A stretch of DNA of 64,000 bases from Desulfobulbaceae bacterium. GTDB lineage: Bacteria > Desulfobacterota > Desulfobulbia > Desulfobulbales > SURF-16. The stretch covers positions 4,629 through 68,628 of the forward strand of contig JAGXFQ010000009.1 in the NCBI GenBank assembly GCA_024637145.1, read 5' to 3'. The notes below the pieces were generated by a model that had not been told where the DNA came from, did no database searches, and saw nothing but the letters and a program-made list of their open reading frames with translations. This document shows positions 19,794-29,171 of this stretch, one piece after another. Position numbers and translations under genes: made by a program. Every line of letters starts with the position of its first letter. The stretch's first letter is position 1.

Positions 19794-21104
19794 ATGAGCG
19801 AAGGAAGTATAATCGGCAGCAAGGCAGGCGAGCTGTATAAGCGTCTCTGTAAGGACGAATGGAATCCGATGGTAACAGGTCTTGTGGTTGGTCTGTTGAG
19901 TGTGCTGATCATGGCCTGGTGGCGGCCTTGGGGGGCGGTGGGGGCAATCCGCAACTGGGGTGACTGGATGGTGCATGGTTTTGCCACTATGGTGGGCGCT
20001 GAATCCGGATTTCTGGAGCTCTACCTTGAGGCCCCGGCCGGCTGGTTGGCAAGCTCCGGTTCGGTTATCGGCATTGGCTTTATTGGTGGCGCCTTTATCT
20101 CCGCCTGTCTGGGCGGCGATTTCGCCTTCAGGATTCCACCCCGCCTGGAGCTGCTTAAAGGGGTCGTTGCCGGTATCTTCATGGGTATCGGCGCCGCCCT
20201 GGCGGGTGGTTGCAATGTCGGCGGCATGTATAATGCCATTGGTAATCTGTCCGCCAATGGTTTCACCATGTGGCTTGGCCTGGTGATCGGTGTTGTCTGC
20301 GGCCTTAAGTATATCTATTGGGAGATGTCCAATATCACCTGGGGCAGCGGCGGGGCCAAGACCTTGGACTTCCCCCAGAGCGTTAAGACCTTCCTCGGCA
20401 TTATCGGCTTTGCCGCCCTTGTTATCGGCGCCATGAAATTTGCTGGTATTGAGGATGTGGATGCCATTGATGCCATAGGCGGTGTGCTCTTCTCCGGCGA
20501 GAAGAGTGCCGGCTACCTGCAGAGTCTCGGCGGCTTGATTGTCATCGCTGCTGGTCTCGGTTATGCCATGCAGCGCGGGCGCTGGTGTATGGTGCAGGGC
20601 TTTCGTGAGCCGCACATGACCGGTGATGCAACCCTGGCAAAATCCGTGGCCCTCAGTATCTTTGTGGTGGCCATTGGTGCCGCTGTTCTCAAGTATGGTG
20701 TCCCCATGCGCACTGACGGCTATCCCGTGCTTGCTGAGGCGAATTATGTGCGCGGCACCTTTGGCTGGGGTTCCATTGTCGGTGGTGTTATTTTCGGTTT
20801 CGGCGCCATGCTGGCCGGCGGCTGTGGTTCCGGTACCCTCTGGCGGGTTGGTGAGGGCCAGGTGAAACTCATCCTGGTGGTGCCTTTCTTTGCCCTGGCC
20901 AACTCCCTGATGACCAAGTGGTTTAACAATTTCGGCGCCGACCAGATCAGCCTGGAGCGCACGGGTAAGCTTGGTAAATATGTCTATATGCCTGATACCC
21001 TGGGCTACGCCGGCACCCTGTTTTTGATCGGGGCTATCATGATCACCTGGTACCTGGTGGTGAGCTGGAATGAAGAGTCCAACAAGCTGATTGTTGACTT
21101 CTAG
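19794..21104 (+). CDS. yeeE: YeeE/YedE-family sulfur-compound transporter
   Basis: Polytopic membrane protein with duplicated 'GGC..GG' motifs ('LAGGCNVGGMY', 'LAGGCGSGTLWRVGEG'). RBS 'gagggagagg' precedes the start. It is divergent from tusA. Confidence 0.85.
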   Translation: MSEGSIIGSKAGELYKRLCKDEWNPMVTGLVVGLLSVLIMAWWRPWGAVGAIRNWGDWMVHGFATMVGAESGFLELYLEAPAGWLASSGSVIGIGFIGGAFISACLGGDFAFRIPPRLELLKGVVAGIFMGIGAALAGGCNVGGMYNAIGNLSANGFTMWLGLVIGVVCGLKYIYWEMSNITWGSGGAKTLDFPQSVKTFLGIIGFAALVIGAMKFAGIEDVDAIDAIGGVLFSGEKSAGYLQSLGGLIVIAAGLGYAMQRGRWCMVQGFREPHMTGDATLAKSVALSIFVVAIGAAVLKYGVPMRTDGYPVLAEANYVRGTFGWGSIVGGVIFGFGAMLAGGCGSGTLWRVGEGQVKLILVVPFFALANSLMTKWFNNFGADQISLERTGKLGKYVYMPDTLGYAGTLFLIGAIMITWYLVVSWNEESNKLIVDF

Positions 21105-21147
21105 TCCATGAAGAGGTAGTAAGGCAGGCTCAGGTCTGCCTGAGGGA

Positions 21148-21186
21148 AGCGTATCCCTGCCCTTGGGGCAGGGATACGCTTTTTTT
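21148..21186 (+). terminator. Intrinsic terminator after yeeE
   Basis: AGCGTATCCCTGCCC / GGGCAGGGATACGCT 15-bp stem followed by T6. Confidence 0.85.
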
Positions 21187-21344
21187 GTGTGTGACCACCG
21201 GACCTAAACGATACAAGTGAGGCCCTTTCTCCCTCTTTGCCGGTATCTCCCCGGCAGGGCTCTTTGGGAACAGGGAAGGGCGCTGGTGGAGACCCAAATC
21301 TGGTGGTGGCCGGCCTGATAACCCTCGTTTTGTAAAGTAATTCT

Positions 21345-22157
21345 ATGGAAATTCTCTACGCAATATTTCTCGGTTTTCTGCAGGGCGCCACCGAGTTTCT
21401 GCCTGTCTCCAGTTCCGGGCACCTGCTGCTGGCCGGCTATTTTTTCGGGGTGGAGGAGGCGTCTCTCACCTTTGATGTGGTTCTGCATCTTGCCACCCTG
21501 ACTGCCCTTCTGGCCTATTTCCGGCGGGATATTGCCGCCCTTTTGCTGGCCTTTTTCGGGAGCTATGGACCGGGGCGCGGCCCGCAGGAACGGCGGGTGG
21601 CCATTTATATCTGTTATGCCACCATACCGGCGGTGGTGGCCGGCCTCTTTTTGGAAGGCTATGTGGAAAACGCCCTGCGTTCGCCGCTCCTGGTAGCCTT
21701 TACCCTGAGTGCAGCTGGGCTGGTGCTGTGGTGGGCAGAGAAGATAGGCAGGCGGCAGCGCAGCTTCTCCTCCTTGACCTTCCGGGATGTCATTCTTATC
21801 GGCTGCGCCCAGGCCCTGGCCCTGATCCCCGGGGTTTCCCGCAGTGGTGCCACCATTACCGCCGGTCTCTTTCTGGGCTTAAACCGGGTTGCCGCGGCCC
21901 GTTTCTCCTTTCTGCTTTCGGCCCCCATTATTTTCGGAGCCGGCTCCTATAAGGTGATGAAGCTCTTTGCCGGCCCCGGCCTTGAGGGGGGCCAGTATCT
22001 TTTTTATGGGGCAGGATTTCTCTCTTCCGCTATAACGGGCTATGTCTTTATCGCCCTGCTCATGCGTTTTGTCCAGACCCATTCCCTGGCGGTCTTTGCC
22101 TATTATCGATTTTTTCTCACCGCTCTGGTATTGTCGGCCCTGGCCCTGGGATATTGA
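21345..22157 (+). CDS. uppP: Undecaprenyl-diphosphate phosphatase
   Basis: 'QGATEFLPVSSSGHLLL' and 'IPGVSRSGATI' are BacA/UppP signature motifs. Confidence 0.95.
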   Translation: MEILYAIFLGFLQGATEFLPVSSSGHLLLAGYFFGVEEASLTFDVVLHLATLTALLAYFRRDIAALLLAFFGSYGPGRGPQERRVAIYICYATIPAVVAGLFLEGYVENALRSPLLVAFTLSAAGLVLWWAEKIGRRQRSFSSLTFRDVILIGCAQALALIPGVSRSGATITAGLFLGLNRVAAARFSFLLSAPIIFGAGSYKVMKLFAGPGLEGGQYLFYGAGFLSSAITGYVFIALLMRFVQTHSLAVFAYYRFFLTALVLSALALGY

Positions 22158-22238
22158 ATTTGACGGGCCAAGGTTCCGGCCCCTGAGCCTGGTTACCGGC
22201 CGGCACCTGAGGTTGTTGCCCCCTTTATAAATTTATCA

Positions 22239-22943
22239 TTGAGGACTGTTGTGGAGAGTAAAAAATTACCGGAGAACACCCAGAAGGTTCTTAAGCGCCT
22301 TGGTAAAAAATACAAGGTGGGCTTCAGCCCCCTGAAGATTAAGGATCTGGAACTTGATATCCTCCAGGTCACTGATCTTGAACATCTGCTGGCCGGTAAG
22401 GATCCCTTTGAAAATGTCTCGGAGTTTCCCTTCTGGGTCAAGCTCTGGGAGGCATCCATGGTCCTGGCCCATGTGGTGGCCTCTCTGCCGGTGCAGGGCA
22501 GACCCACGCTCCTGGAACTGGGAGCGGGCATGGCTGCCCCGGGTCTGGTGGCAGCAGCGCGCGGCTATGCGGTGACCTTGAGTGATTATGAGCCCCACAT
22601 TCTTGATTTCCAGCGGGTGAGTGCGGCGGCCAACGGCTTTACCGATGTTGATTTCCGGATGATTGATTGGCTCAACCCCCCGGCCATGCCCAAATTTGAT
22701 CGGATTATCGGGGCGGAGATCCTTTTTCGGGAGGATTTTTTCGGGCCCCTGCTCGCCCTCTGCAAAGAGTATCTGCAGGATGACGGGGAGATCTATCTGG
22801 CCCATGACGTGCGCCGTAAATCCGTGCCCAAATTTCTGGAACTGGCCCAACAGGATTTCAAGGTTGCGGTGAGCAAGACCACCATGCAGAATGAAGAAGG
22901 TGAAAAAATCACCATTCTGATTAACCGCTTCACCAAAAAATAA
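22239..22943 (+). CDS. Class I SAM-dependent methyltransferase (Methyltransf_16-like)
   Basis: 'LLELGAGMAAPGLVAAARGYAVTLSDY' motif I and post-I. The start is uncertain: TTG 22239, or GTG 22251 after 'gagga'. Confidence 0.7.
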   Translation: MRTVVESKKLPENTQKVLKRLGKKYKVGFSPLKIKDLELDILQVTDLEHLLAGKDPFENVSEFPFWVKLWEASMVLAHVVASLPVQGRPTLLELGAGMAAPGLVAAARGYAVTLSDYEPHILDFQRVSAAANGFTDVDFRMIDWLNPPAMPKFDRIIGAEILFREDFFGPLLALCKEYLQDDGEIYLAHDVRRKSVPKFLELAQQDFKVAVSKTTMQNEEGEKITILINRFTKK

Positions 22944-22946
22944 GCT

Positions 22947-23261
22947 ATGCCTGTTTATGATTACCAGCACCTTGGGGCAGGATGTGATGCCGGCCGCTGT
23001 TTTGAGTGGGTGCAGCCCATGGCCAGCGATAAATTGACCAGCTGTCCTCTGTGCGGCGGTGCGGTGCGGCGCCTGATATCCCGGGTCAATATCGCCACCC
23101 CCAAGACCAATGCCGACCTGAAGAACCTGGGTTTTACCAAGCTGGTGCGCCGCGATAACGGCGTTTATGAGAATGTCACGGCCACGGGCAAGGAAAGCAA
23201 GATCTGGGACAGCCGCAAGCCGGAAACCATGCCTGACCTGAAATCAAAGATAAGGGATTAA
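22947..23261 (+). CDS. FmdB-family zinc-ribbon protein
   Basis: 'MPVYDYQH...' N-terminus and a paired 'SCPLCGG' CxxC knuckle typical of FmdB-type putative regulators. Confidence 0.7.
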   Translation: MPVYDYQHLGAGCDAGRCFEWVQPMASDKLTSCPLCGGAVRRLISRVNIATPKTNADLKNLGFTKLVRRDNGVYENVTATGKESKIWDSRKPETMPDLKSKIRD

Positions 23262-23277
23262 CCCCCGGGGCCTGGCC

Positions 23278-24096
23278 ATGACAGCATACGCCGATATCGA
23301 CTGGAACCTCCTCTGGCAGCAGGAACGCCGCAAAAAGAGCTGGAAGCACAAGGACAACAAGGAGTGGGACAAAAGGGCACCCTCCTTTGCCAAACGTAAT
23401 AAGGACTCTGAATTCAGTGCTCTCCTGCTCGCCAAGATGCGGCCCCAGCCCAGCTGGTCTGTGCTGGATGTGGGGTGCGGGCCCGGCACCCTGGCCATTC
23501 CCCTGAGCCGGCTGGTGAGGCGGGTGACGGCCCTGGATTTTTCGCAACAGATGCTGGCCCAACTCGCCTGGCAAATGGAGGCCGCCCATCTCGACAATAT
23601 CAGGGCGGTGCATGCCTCGTGGAGCGATGATTGGCAGGAATGCGGGGTGGAGCGCCATGACCTGGTGCTTGCCGCCCGCTCCCTGGGGGTGGATGATCTG
23701 GCCGCTGCCCTCACCAAGATGATGCAGTGGGCCAAGCAGGAGGTGATGGTGGTGGACCGGGTGGGCGCAGGGCCTTTTGATCCTGATCTCTTTGCTGCCC
23801 TGGGTCGCCCCTTTGATCCCGGCCCTGATTTTATCTTTACGGTGAATATCCTCCTGCAGATGGGAATCACCCCCACCCTTGATTACCTTGAATTTGACCG
23901 GCAGCGCCGCTATGCTGACCGGCAAGAGGCCCTGGCGGGCTGTGGCTGGATGGTGGATGACTTACGTGGCGTGGAAAAGACCAGGCTGGGTCATTATGTG
24001 GATGAACGGCTCACCGCCAACCGGGATGGCAGCGTCACCCTGACCCGCCGGCAACCGGTGAAATGGGCGGTGATCAGGTGGAGTGTGAACGGATAA
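23278..24096 (+). CDS. Class I SAM-dependent methyltransferase
   Basis: Motif I 'VLDVGCGPGTLAIPL' and post-I 'VTALDFSQQML'. Confidence 0.8.
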   Translation: MTAYADIDWNLLWQQERRKKSWKHKDNKEWDKRAPSFAKRNKDSEFSALLLAKMRPQPSWSVLDVGCGPGTLAIPLSRLVRRVTALDFSQQMLAQLAWQMEAAHLDNIRAVHASWSDDWQECGVERHDLVLAARSLGVDDLAAALTKMMQWAKQEVMVVDRVGAGPFDPDLFAALGRPFDPGPDFIFTVNILLQMGITPTLDYLEFDRQRRYADRQEALAGCGWMVDDLRGVEKTRLGHYVDERLTANRDGSVTLTRRQPVKWAVIRWSVNG

Positions 24097-24100
24097 GCCA

Positions 24101-25474
24101 ATGAGAATAATGATTGTGGGAGCAGGCGAGGTGGGACGCCATCTCTGTGAGAAATTGTCTGTGGAGGGCCAGGAGGTTGTCCTGGTGGATCAGGACGAGG
24201 CGAAACTGCGTCGTCTTGAGCGGGATCTCAATATCCTCCCGGTCCATGGCAGTGGCGCCTCCATGCGGGTCCTGGAGGAAGGTGGTATTGAGCGCACCGA
24301 TCTCTTTATTGCGGTCACCGACTCCGATGAGGTCAACCTCATCTCCTGCATCCTCTCCAAGCAATATGATGTCCAGAGCCGCATCGCCCGGGTGAGAAAT
24401 GAGGATTTTTACAGCCAGACCAAGGCGGGGGGTGCTGAAGAGGCCCTGGATATTGATCTCCTGATCAGTCCTGATCTGGCCATGGCCGAAGAGATTCTCC
24501 GGCTTTCCGCCCTCTCCGATGCCTTTGATGTTGCTGAATTTGCCGATGGCCAGGTGGAGCTTCTCGGTTATGAAGTGCGCAAGGGCAACCCCACGGTGGG
24601 CAAGACCCTGCAGCAGATCCAGGCCATGCAGGCCCAGAATTATTTTGTCATTGTCGCCATTATCCGGGGCCAGCAGACCATTATTCCCCGCGGCCACGAT
24701 GTGCTCCAGGCAGGAGACAAGATGTATCTGGTGGCCCGGAAGAAAGATATCATGGCAGTGGAGGCGGTCTTTCACTTTTACAGCCATATGCCCAAGGATG
24801 TCTTTATCATCGGCGGCGGCCTGATCGGCTATACCGTGGCCAAGGCCCTGGAGAAAAAGAGGATCAATGTCCGTCTCATTGAGCAGGATCCGCTGGTCTG
24901 TGATCACCTCACCGCCCAGCTTGACAAAACGGTTGTGCTCAATTTTGACGCCCTGGACGCCCATGATCTCCTGCAGGAGGGTATTGATCAGGCCGGGCTG
25001 GTCATTGCTGTCACCAACAGCGACACCACCAATATTTTGGCAAGCCTGCTGGCCAAGCATCACGGCGCCCAGAAATGCATCACCAAGATCACCAAGCCTG
25101 ATTTTATCCCCATGCTCGGCAAGCTGGGCATTGATGTCGGCCTGTCGCCGCGTCTCGTGGCGGCGGACATGATTTTGAGTTTTGTGCGGGGCGGCGGCAA
25201 GATCCTTTCCGTGGCCACCCTACTGGGCGCTAATGCCGAAGTAGTGGAGATCCTGGTCACCGAGGACCGCGAAGAGCTGACCGGCATTCCGCTTATGTCC
25301 ATGAATTTTCCGCCGGAGGCGGTGTTGGGCGCCGTGGTCAGAAAGAAAAAGGTGATCATTCCCTCCGGTCAGACCAAATTGAAGTTGGGAGATATCCTGG
25401 TGATCTTCTTTGCCAAAAACGCCATGACCCAGGTTGAGACATTTTTTCTTAATGGCCGGGCGGCCGCGTCTTAA
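24101..25474 (+). CDS. trkA: Trk potassium uptake system NAD-binding protein TrkA
   Basis: Two RCK_N/RCK_C tandem units ('IVGAGEVGRHL', 'IIGGGLIGYTVA'). It is adjacent to trkH. Confidence 0.9.
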   Translation: MRIMIVGAGEVGRHLCEKLSVEGQEVVLVDQDEAKLRRLERDLNILPVHGSGASMRVLEEGGIERTDLFIAVTDSDEVNLISCILSKQYDVQSRIARVRNEDFYSQTKAGGAEEALDIDLLISPDLAMAEEILRLSALSDAFDVAEFADGQVELLGYEVRKGNPTVGKTLQQIQAMQAQNYFVIVAIIRGQQTIIPRGHDVLQAGDKMYLVARKKDIMAVEAVFHFYSHMPKDVFIIGGGLIGYTVAKALEKKRINVRLIEQDPLVCDHLTAQLDKTVVLNFDALDAHDLLQEGIDQAGLVIAVTNSDTTNILASLLAKHHGAQKCITKITKPDFIPMLGKLGIDVGLSPRLVAADMILSFVRGGGKILSVATLLGANAEVVEILVTEDREELTGIPLMSMNFPPEAVLGAVVRKKKVIIPSGQTKLKLGDILVIFFAKNAMTQVETFFLNGRAAAS

Positions 25475-25500
25475 CAACCCCTAATTGACTCCTTATTTCC

Positions 25501-27009
25501 ATGCGTACAGGCGGTGTTCTCAATATTATCGGTAAGCTGCTCCTGCTGCTTTCCCTCTTTCTGTTGACCCCCATCCCCTTCAGCCTCTATTTCCAGGATG
25601 GCATGGTGAAGATGTTCCTGCTCAGCTCTGTGCTGGGGGCCATGATGGGGGGGTGCCTGCTGGGGCTTTTTGCGCCGGAGAAGGAGCTGGGCTATCGCGA
25701 CGGCTTTGCCGTGGTGGTCTTGAGCTGGCTGGCCTTGGCCCTGCTTGGCTCGCTGCCCTATCTCTTGTCCGGGGCCATGCCCAGTTTCATCGATGCCTTT
25801 TTCGAGTCCATGTCCGGCTTCACTACCACTGGTTCCACCATCCTGAGCCAGGTGGAAATCCTGCCCAAGAGTGTGCTCTTCTGGCGCGCCACCACCCACT
25901 GGCTGGGGGGCATGGGTATCATTGTGCTCTCCCTGGCCATTCTGCCCCTCCTGGGGGTGGGCGGCATGCAGCTTTATCAGGCGGAAATGCCCGGGCCCAC
26001 CAAGGACAGACTGGCGCCGCGCATCCAGGATACGGCCCGTATTCTCTGGGTGGTCTATGTCGCCTTTACCCTTATCCAGATTCTGTTCATGATGCTGGGG
26101 GGCGTCAACTTTTTTGACGCCATCTGTCATGCCTTCGCCACCCTGGCCACGGGGGGCTTTTCCACCCATACCGCCAGTGCCGGTTATTGGCAGTCGAGCT
26201 ATATCGAGTATCTCCTTATCTTCTTCATGCTGCTGGCCGGGGTGAATTTTTCTCTGCATTACCGGGCTTTTGCCCAGCGCAGCCTCAAGCCCTATCTGCA
26301 GAATGAAGAATTCCGCTTCTATATGATCATCATCGGCCTGGCCACGGCGGCTATTTTTGTCGCCAATATGGCCCATGCCGTCTACACCGCCTCTGGCGAC
26401 AATCTCCGCGATACCCTCTTTCAGGTGGTGGCCATGATCACCACCACGGGCTTCGGCACCGCAGATTTTGACCAGTGGCCCTCGGTGACCAAGGTGATTC
26501 TGGTCTCCCTGATGTTTGTGGGCGGCTGTGCCGGTTCCACGGGGGGCGGAATCAAGGTGGTGCGGTTTCTGCTTTTTTTCAAGTATGCCCGCCTGCAGCT
26601 GCGTACCCTGGTCCATCCGCGGGCAGTGGGCGCCATCAAGCTGGGCCGGCAGAAGGTGCCCAAAGAGGTGATGATCGCCATTCTGGGATTTTTTGCCATT
26701 TATATCGCTGTCTTTCTGGCGGCCAGCCTACTGGTGACCGGCATGGGAGTGGATCTGGTCACCGGCACCACGGCGGTGATCGCCACCCTCAATAATATCG
26801 GCCCTGGCCTGGCCGGGGTGGGGCCGGCCGGCAATTTCGGTGACTTGCCCCAGGCCGCCAAGGTAGTGCTCAGTTTTTGCATGCTGGCCGGCCGCCTGGA
26901 GCTCTATACCGTGGCCGTTCTCCTTACCCCGGGCTTCTGGAAAATGGCCCGCCGCCCCGTGTGGCGCTGGGAGCTTGGTAAGACTTCAGAAGAAAGAATT
27001 CAGAAATAA
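25501..27009 (+). CDS. trkH: Trk potassium uptake system membrane protein TrkH
   Basis: Polytopic protein with repeated selectivity-filter-like 'TTTG/ATGG/STGGG' segments ('SGFTTTGST', 'TLATGGFS', 'ITTTGFGT', 'CAGSTGGGIKV'). Confidence 0.9.
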   Translation: MRTGGVLNIIGKLLLLLSLFLLTPIPFSLYFQDGMVKMFLLSSVLGAMMGGCLLGLFAPEKELGYRDGFAVVVLSWLALALLGSLPYLLSGAMPSFIDAFFESMSGFTTTGSTILSQVEILPKSVLFWRATTHWLGGMGIIVLSLAILPLLGVGGMQLYQAEMPGPTKDRLAPRIQDTARILWVVYVAFTLIQILFMMLGGVNFFDAICHAFATLATGGFSTHTASAGYWQSSYIEYLLIFFMLLAGVNFSLHYRAFAQRSLKPYLQNEEFRFYMIIIGLATAAIFVANMAHAVYTASGDNLRDTLFQVVAMITTTGFGTADFDQWPSVTKVILVSLMFVGGCAGSTGGGIKVVRFLLFFKYARLQLRTLVHPRAVGAIKLGRQKVPKEVMIAILGFFAIYIAVFLAASLLVTGMGVDLVTGTTAVIATLNNIGPGLAGVGPAGNFGDLPQAAKVVLSFCMLAGRLELYTVAVLLTPGFWKMARRPVWRWELGKTSEERIQK

Positions 27010-27025
27010 GAATTTTTTTTTTAAA

Positions 27026-27098
27026 ACACAGAGGCACAGAGACACAGAGGGTTTACAGTCTTTGTGTCTTTGTGTCTTTGTGTCTTTGTGTCTTTGTG
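27026..27098 (+). repeat. Octamer tandem repeat (TCTTTGTG x5) with an upstream complementary (A/G)CACAGAG x3 arm
   Basis: 27026-27050 reads ACACAGAG GCACAGAG ACACAGAG G. 27059-27098 reads (TCTTTGTG)5. The arms pair as RNA only in the + orientation, through G-U wobbles. Confidence 0.85.
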
Positions 27099-27117
27099 TT
27101 TATAGGAGTATTGCGGT

Positions 27118-29010
27118 GTGCGTATGAAGAATATGGAAAATCAATATGATGTTTTGGTGGTCGGCGCCGGCCATGCCGGCTGTGAGGCAGCCCTGGCTGC
27201 CGCCCGTATGGGCTGCCGCACCGCCTGTGTGGTGATGAATGTCGATGGCATTGGCGCCATGAGCTGCAATCCGGCCATCGGTGGTCTGGCCAAGGGCCAT
27301 CTGGTCAAGGAGATTGACGCCCTGGGCGGGGAGATGGCCAAAAATATCGATGCCACAGCTATCCAGTTCCGCCGCCTTAATACCAGTAAGGGCCCGGCCG
27401 TCTGGTCCTCCCGGGCCCAGGCCGACCGCCTCCTCTACCGCCTGCGCATGAAGGCGGTGCTGGAGAAGCAGGAGAATCTGGACATCCGCCAGGCCGTGGT
27501 GGATCGACTGGTTGTGGAAGAGGGTCGTATCGCAGGAGTTGTCACCTCCCTGGAGGAGGAAATCCGCTGCCGGACCGTCATCATTGTCACTGGTACCTTT
27601 CTGGATGGGCTCATCCACATCGGCCTGAAAAACTTTCCCGCCGGCCGGCTGGGCGATGCCCCCTCCCGGTCATTGCCCAAGCACCTGAAGGCCCTGGGGT
27701 TTAAGATGGGCCGGATGAAGACAGGTACCACGCCGCGCCTGGACGGCACCACCATTGACTATTCCGAACTTGAAGCGCAGCACAGTGATGAGCCGGCCAA
27801 CCTCTTTTCTTTTTCCAGCAAGGGGGAGCCGGTGTTGCCCCAGCGCCCCTGCTATATCACCTACACCAATGAGCAGACCCATGCGATAATCAGGGCCGGC
27901 ACGGACAGGTCGCCCATGTATGCCGGCATTATCAAGGGGATTGGGGCGCGCTACTGCCCCTCGGTGGAGGACAAGGTTATGCGTTTTCCGGAGAAGAGCC
28001 GCCATCAGATCTTCCTGGAGCCGGAAGGGCTTGATACCGTGGAGGTCTACCCCAATGGCCTGCCCACCAGTCTGCCGGTGGATGTCCAGCTCGCCATGCT
28101 CCGCTCCATCAAGGGGCTGGAGAAGGTCAATGTCATGCGGCCCGGCTATGCCATTGAGTATGATTATGTGGAGCCGACCCAGCTCACCGCCAGTCTGGAG
28201 ACCAAAAAGATCAAGGGGCTTTTCCTGGCCGGCCAGATCAATGGCACCTCCGGCTATGAGGAGGCCGCGGCCCAGGGGCTGATGGCCGGCATCAATGCCG
28301 TGCATTATTGCCGGGAAGAAGCCCCCCTGGTGTTGAGCCGTTCCCAGGCCTACATCGGCGTTCTCATTGATGATCTCATTACCATGGGGACCAAGGAACC
28401 CTATCGCCTCTTCACCTCCCGGGCCGAATACCGCCTCCTGCTCCGGGAAGACAATGCCGATCTGCGTCTCAGCGACATCGGGTATGCGACAGGCCTGGTG
28501 TCTGAGGCAACCTATCACCGTTTTCTTGCCAAGAAAAAGGCGATTAAGGCAGCGGTCTCTTTTTTAAACACCACCCGGATCCTGCCCAAAAAAGAGGTGA
28601 ATGAGCGTTTTGCTAAGCGGGGTCTGGCTGAGATGAAACAGGCCGTGACCCTGGCTGATCTTCTGCGGCGACCAGAGCTCACCCTGGCGGATCTCCCTGA
28701 ACTCACCGGTGTGCCCCTTGCTGTTGCCGATGATGTCAAGGTGGAGGTACAGCTGGAGATCAAATATGAGGGATATATCAGGCGCCAGATGGAGCAGGTG
28801 GCCCGCTTTAAAAAGCTGGAGGATGTGGAGCTGCCGCTGGCGATGGATTACACCGGCATAGCGGGTCTCTCCAATGAGGTCGTTGAAAAATTAAACGCCA
28901 TCAGCCCCCGTTCCTTGGGGCAGGCCGCCCGCATCTCCGGGATTACGCCGGCGGCCATTTCCGTGCTGCAGGTCTATTTGAAAAAGGAGGGCGGTGGGGG
29001 GCGGCGGTAA
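27118..29010 (+). CDS. mnmG: tRNA uridine-5-carboxymethylaminomethyl synthesis enzyme MnmG (GidA)
   Basis: 'YDVLVVGAGHAGCEAALAAARMG' FAD motif and 'GQINGTSGYEEAAAQG'. GTG 27118 has the best spacing to RBS 'aggag'; ATG 27124 or 27133 are possible alternatives. Confidence 0.95.
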   Translation: MRMKNMENQYDVLVVGAGHAGCEAALAAARMGCRTACVVMNVDGIGAMSCNPAIGGLAKGHLVKEIDALGGEMAKNIDATAIQFRRLNTSKGPAVWSSRAQADRLLYRLRMKAVLEKQENLDIRQAVVDRLVVEEGRIAGVVTSLEEEIRCRTVIIVTGTFLDGLIHIGLKNFPAGRLGDAPSRSLPKHLKALGFKMGRMKTGTTPRLDGTTIDYSELEAQHSDEPANLFSFSSKGEPVLPQRPCYITYTNEQTHAIIRAGTDRSPMYAGIIKGIGARYCPSVEDKVMRFPEKSRHQIFLEPEGLDTVEVYPNGLPTSLPVDVQLAMLRSIKGLEKVNVMRPGYAIEYDYVEPTQLTASLETKKIKGLFLAGQINGTSGYEEAAAQGLMAGINAVHYCREEAPLVLSRSQAYIGVLIDDLITMGTKEPYRLFTSRAEYRLLLREDNADLRLSDIGYATGLVSEATYHRFLAKKKAIKAAVSFLNTTRILPKKEVNERFAKRGLAEMKQAVTLADLLRRPELTLADLPELTGVPLAVADDVKVEVQLEIKYEGYIRRQMEQVARFKKLEDVELPLAMDYTGIAGLSNEVVEKLNAISPRSLGQAARISGITPAAISVLQVYLKKEGGGGRR

Positions 29011-29117
29011 GGAAGCAGTTTAAAAGTCCAGGCCCTTTGCCGCTGATAGGGGCAGACACTCTCCAGGAGGCACCAAGAGCAGGAAAAGTGGAGAGAGGTA
29101 CCTGTCTTCCTGGCTGG

Positions 29118-29161
29118 AAAAAAGAGAGGTCGGCTCTTTGGCTTATTGGGGCTGACCTCTC
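29118..29161 (-). terminator. Possible intrinsic terminator after the MCP gene
   Basis: Minus-strand RNA forms a GAGAGGUC...GACCUCUC 8-bp stem with a large 22-nt loop, followed by U6. Confidence 0.45.
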
Positions 29162-29171
29162 CGCCACCCTC

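Noticed and set aside
19566-20615. 349-aa minus-strand ORF. The 24074..25063, 25471..26616, 27670..28518 and 47621..48484 minus-strand ORFs are similar cases.
   Set aside because: All are antisense to well-supported genes (yeeE, trkA, trkH, mnmG, gatA) and show shadow-type composition.
27059-27098. Possible CRISPR-like array (regularly repeated short units).
   Set aside because: The units are contiguous 8-mers with no spacers, there are no cas genes, and the partner arm shows this is a hairpin-forming tandem repeat.
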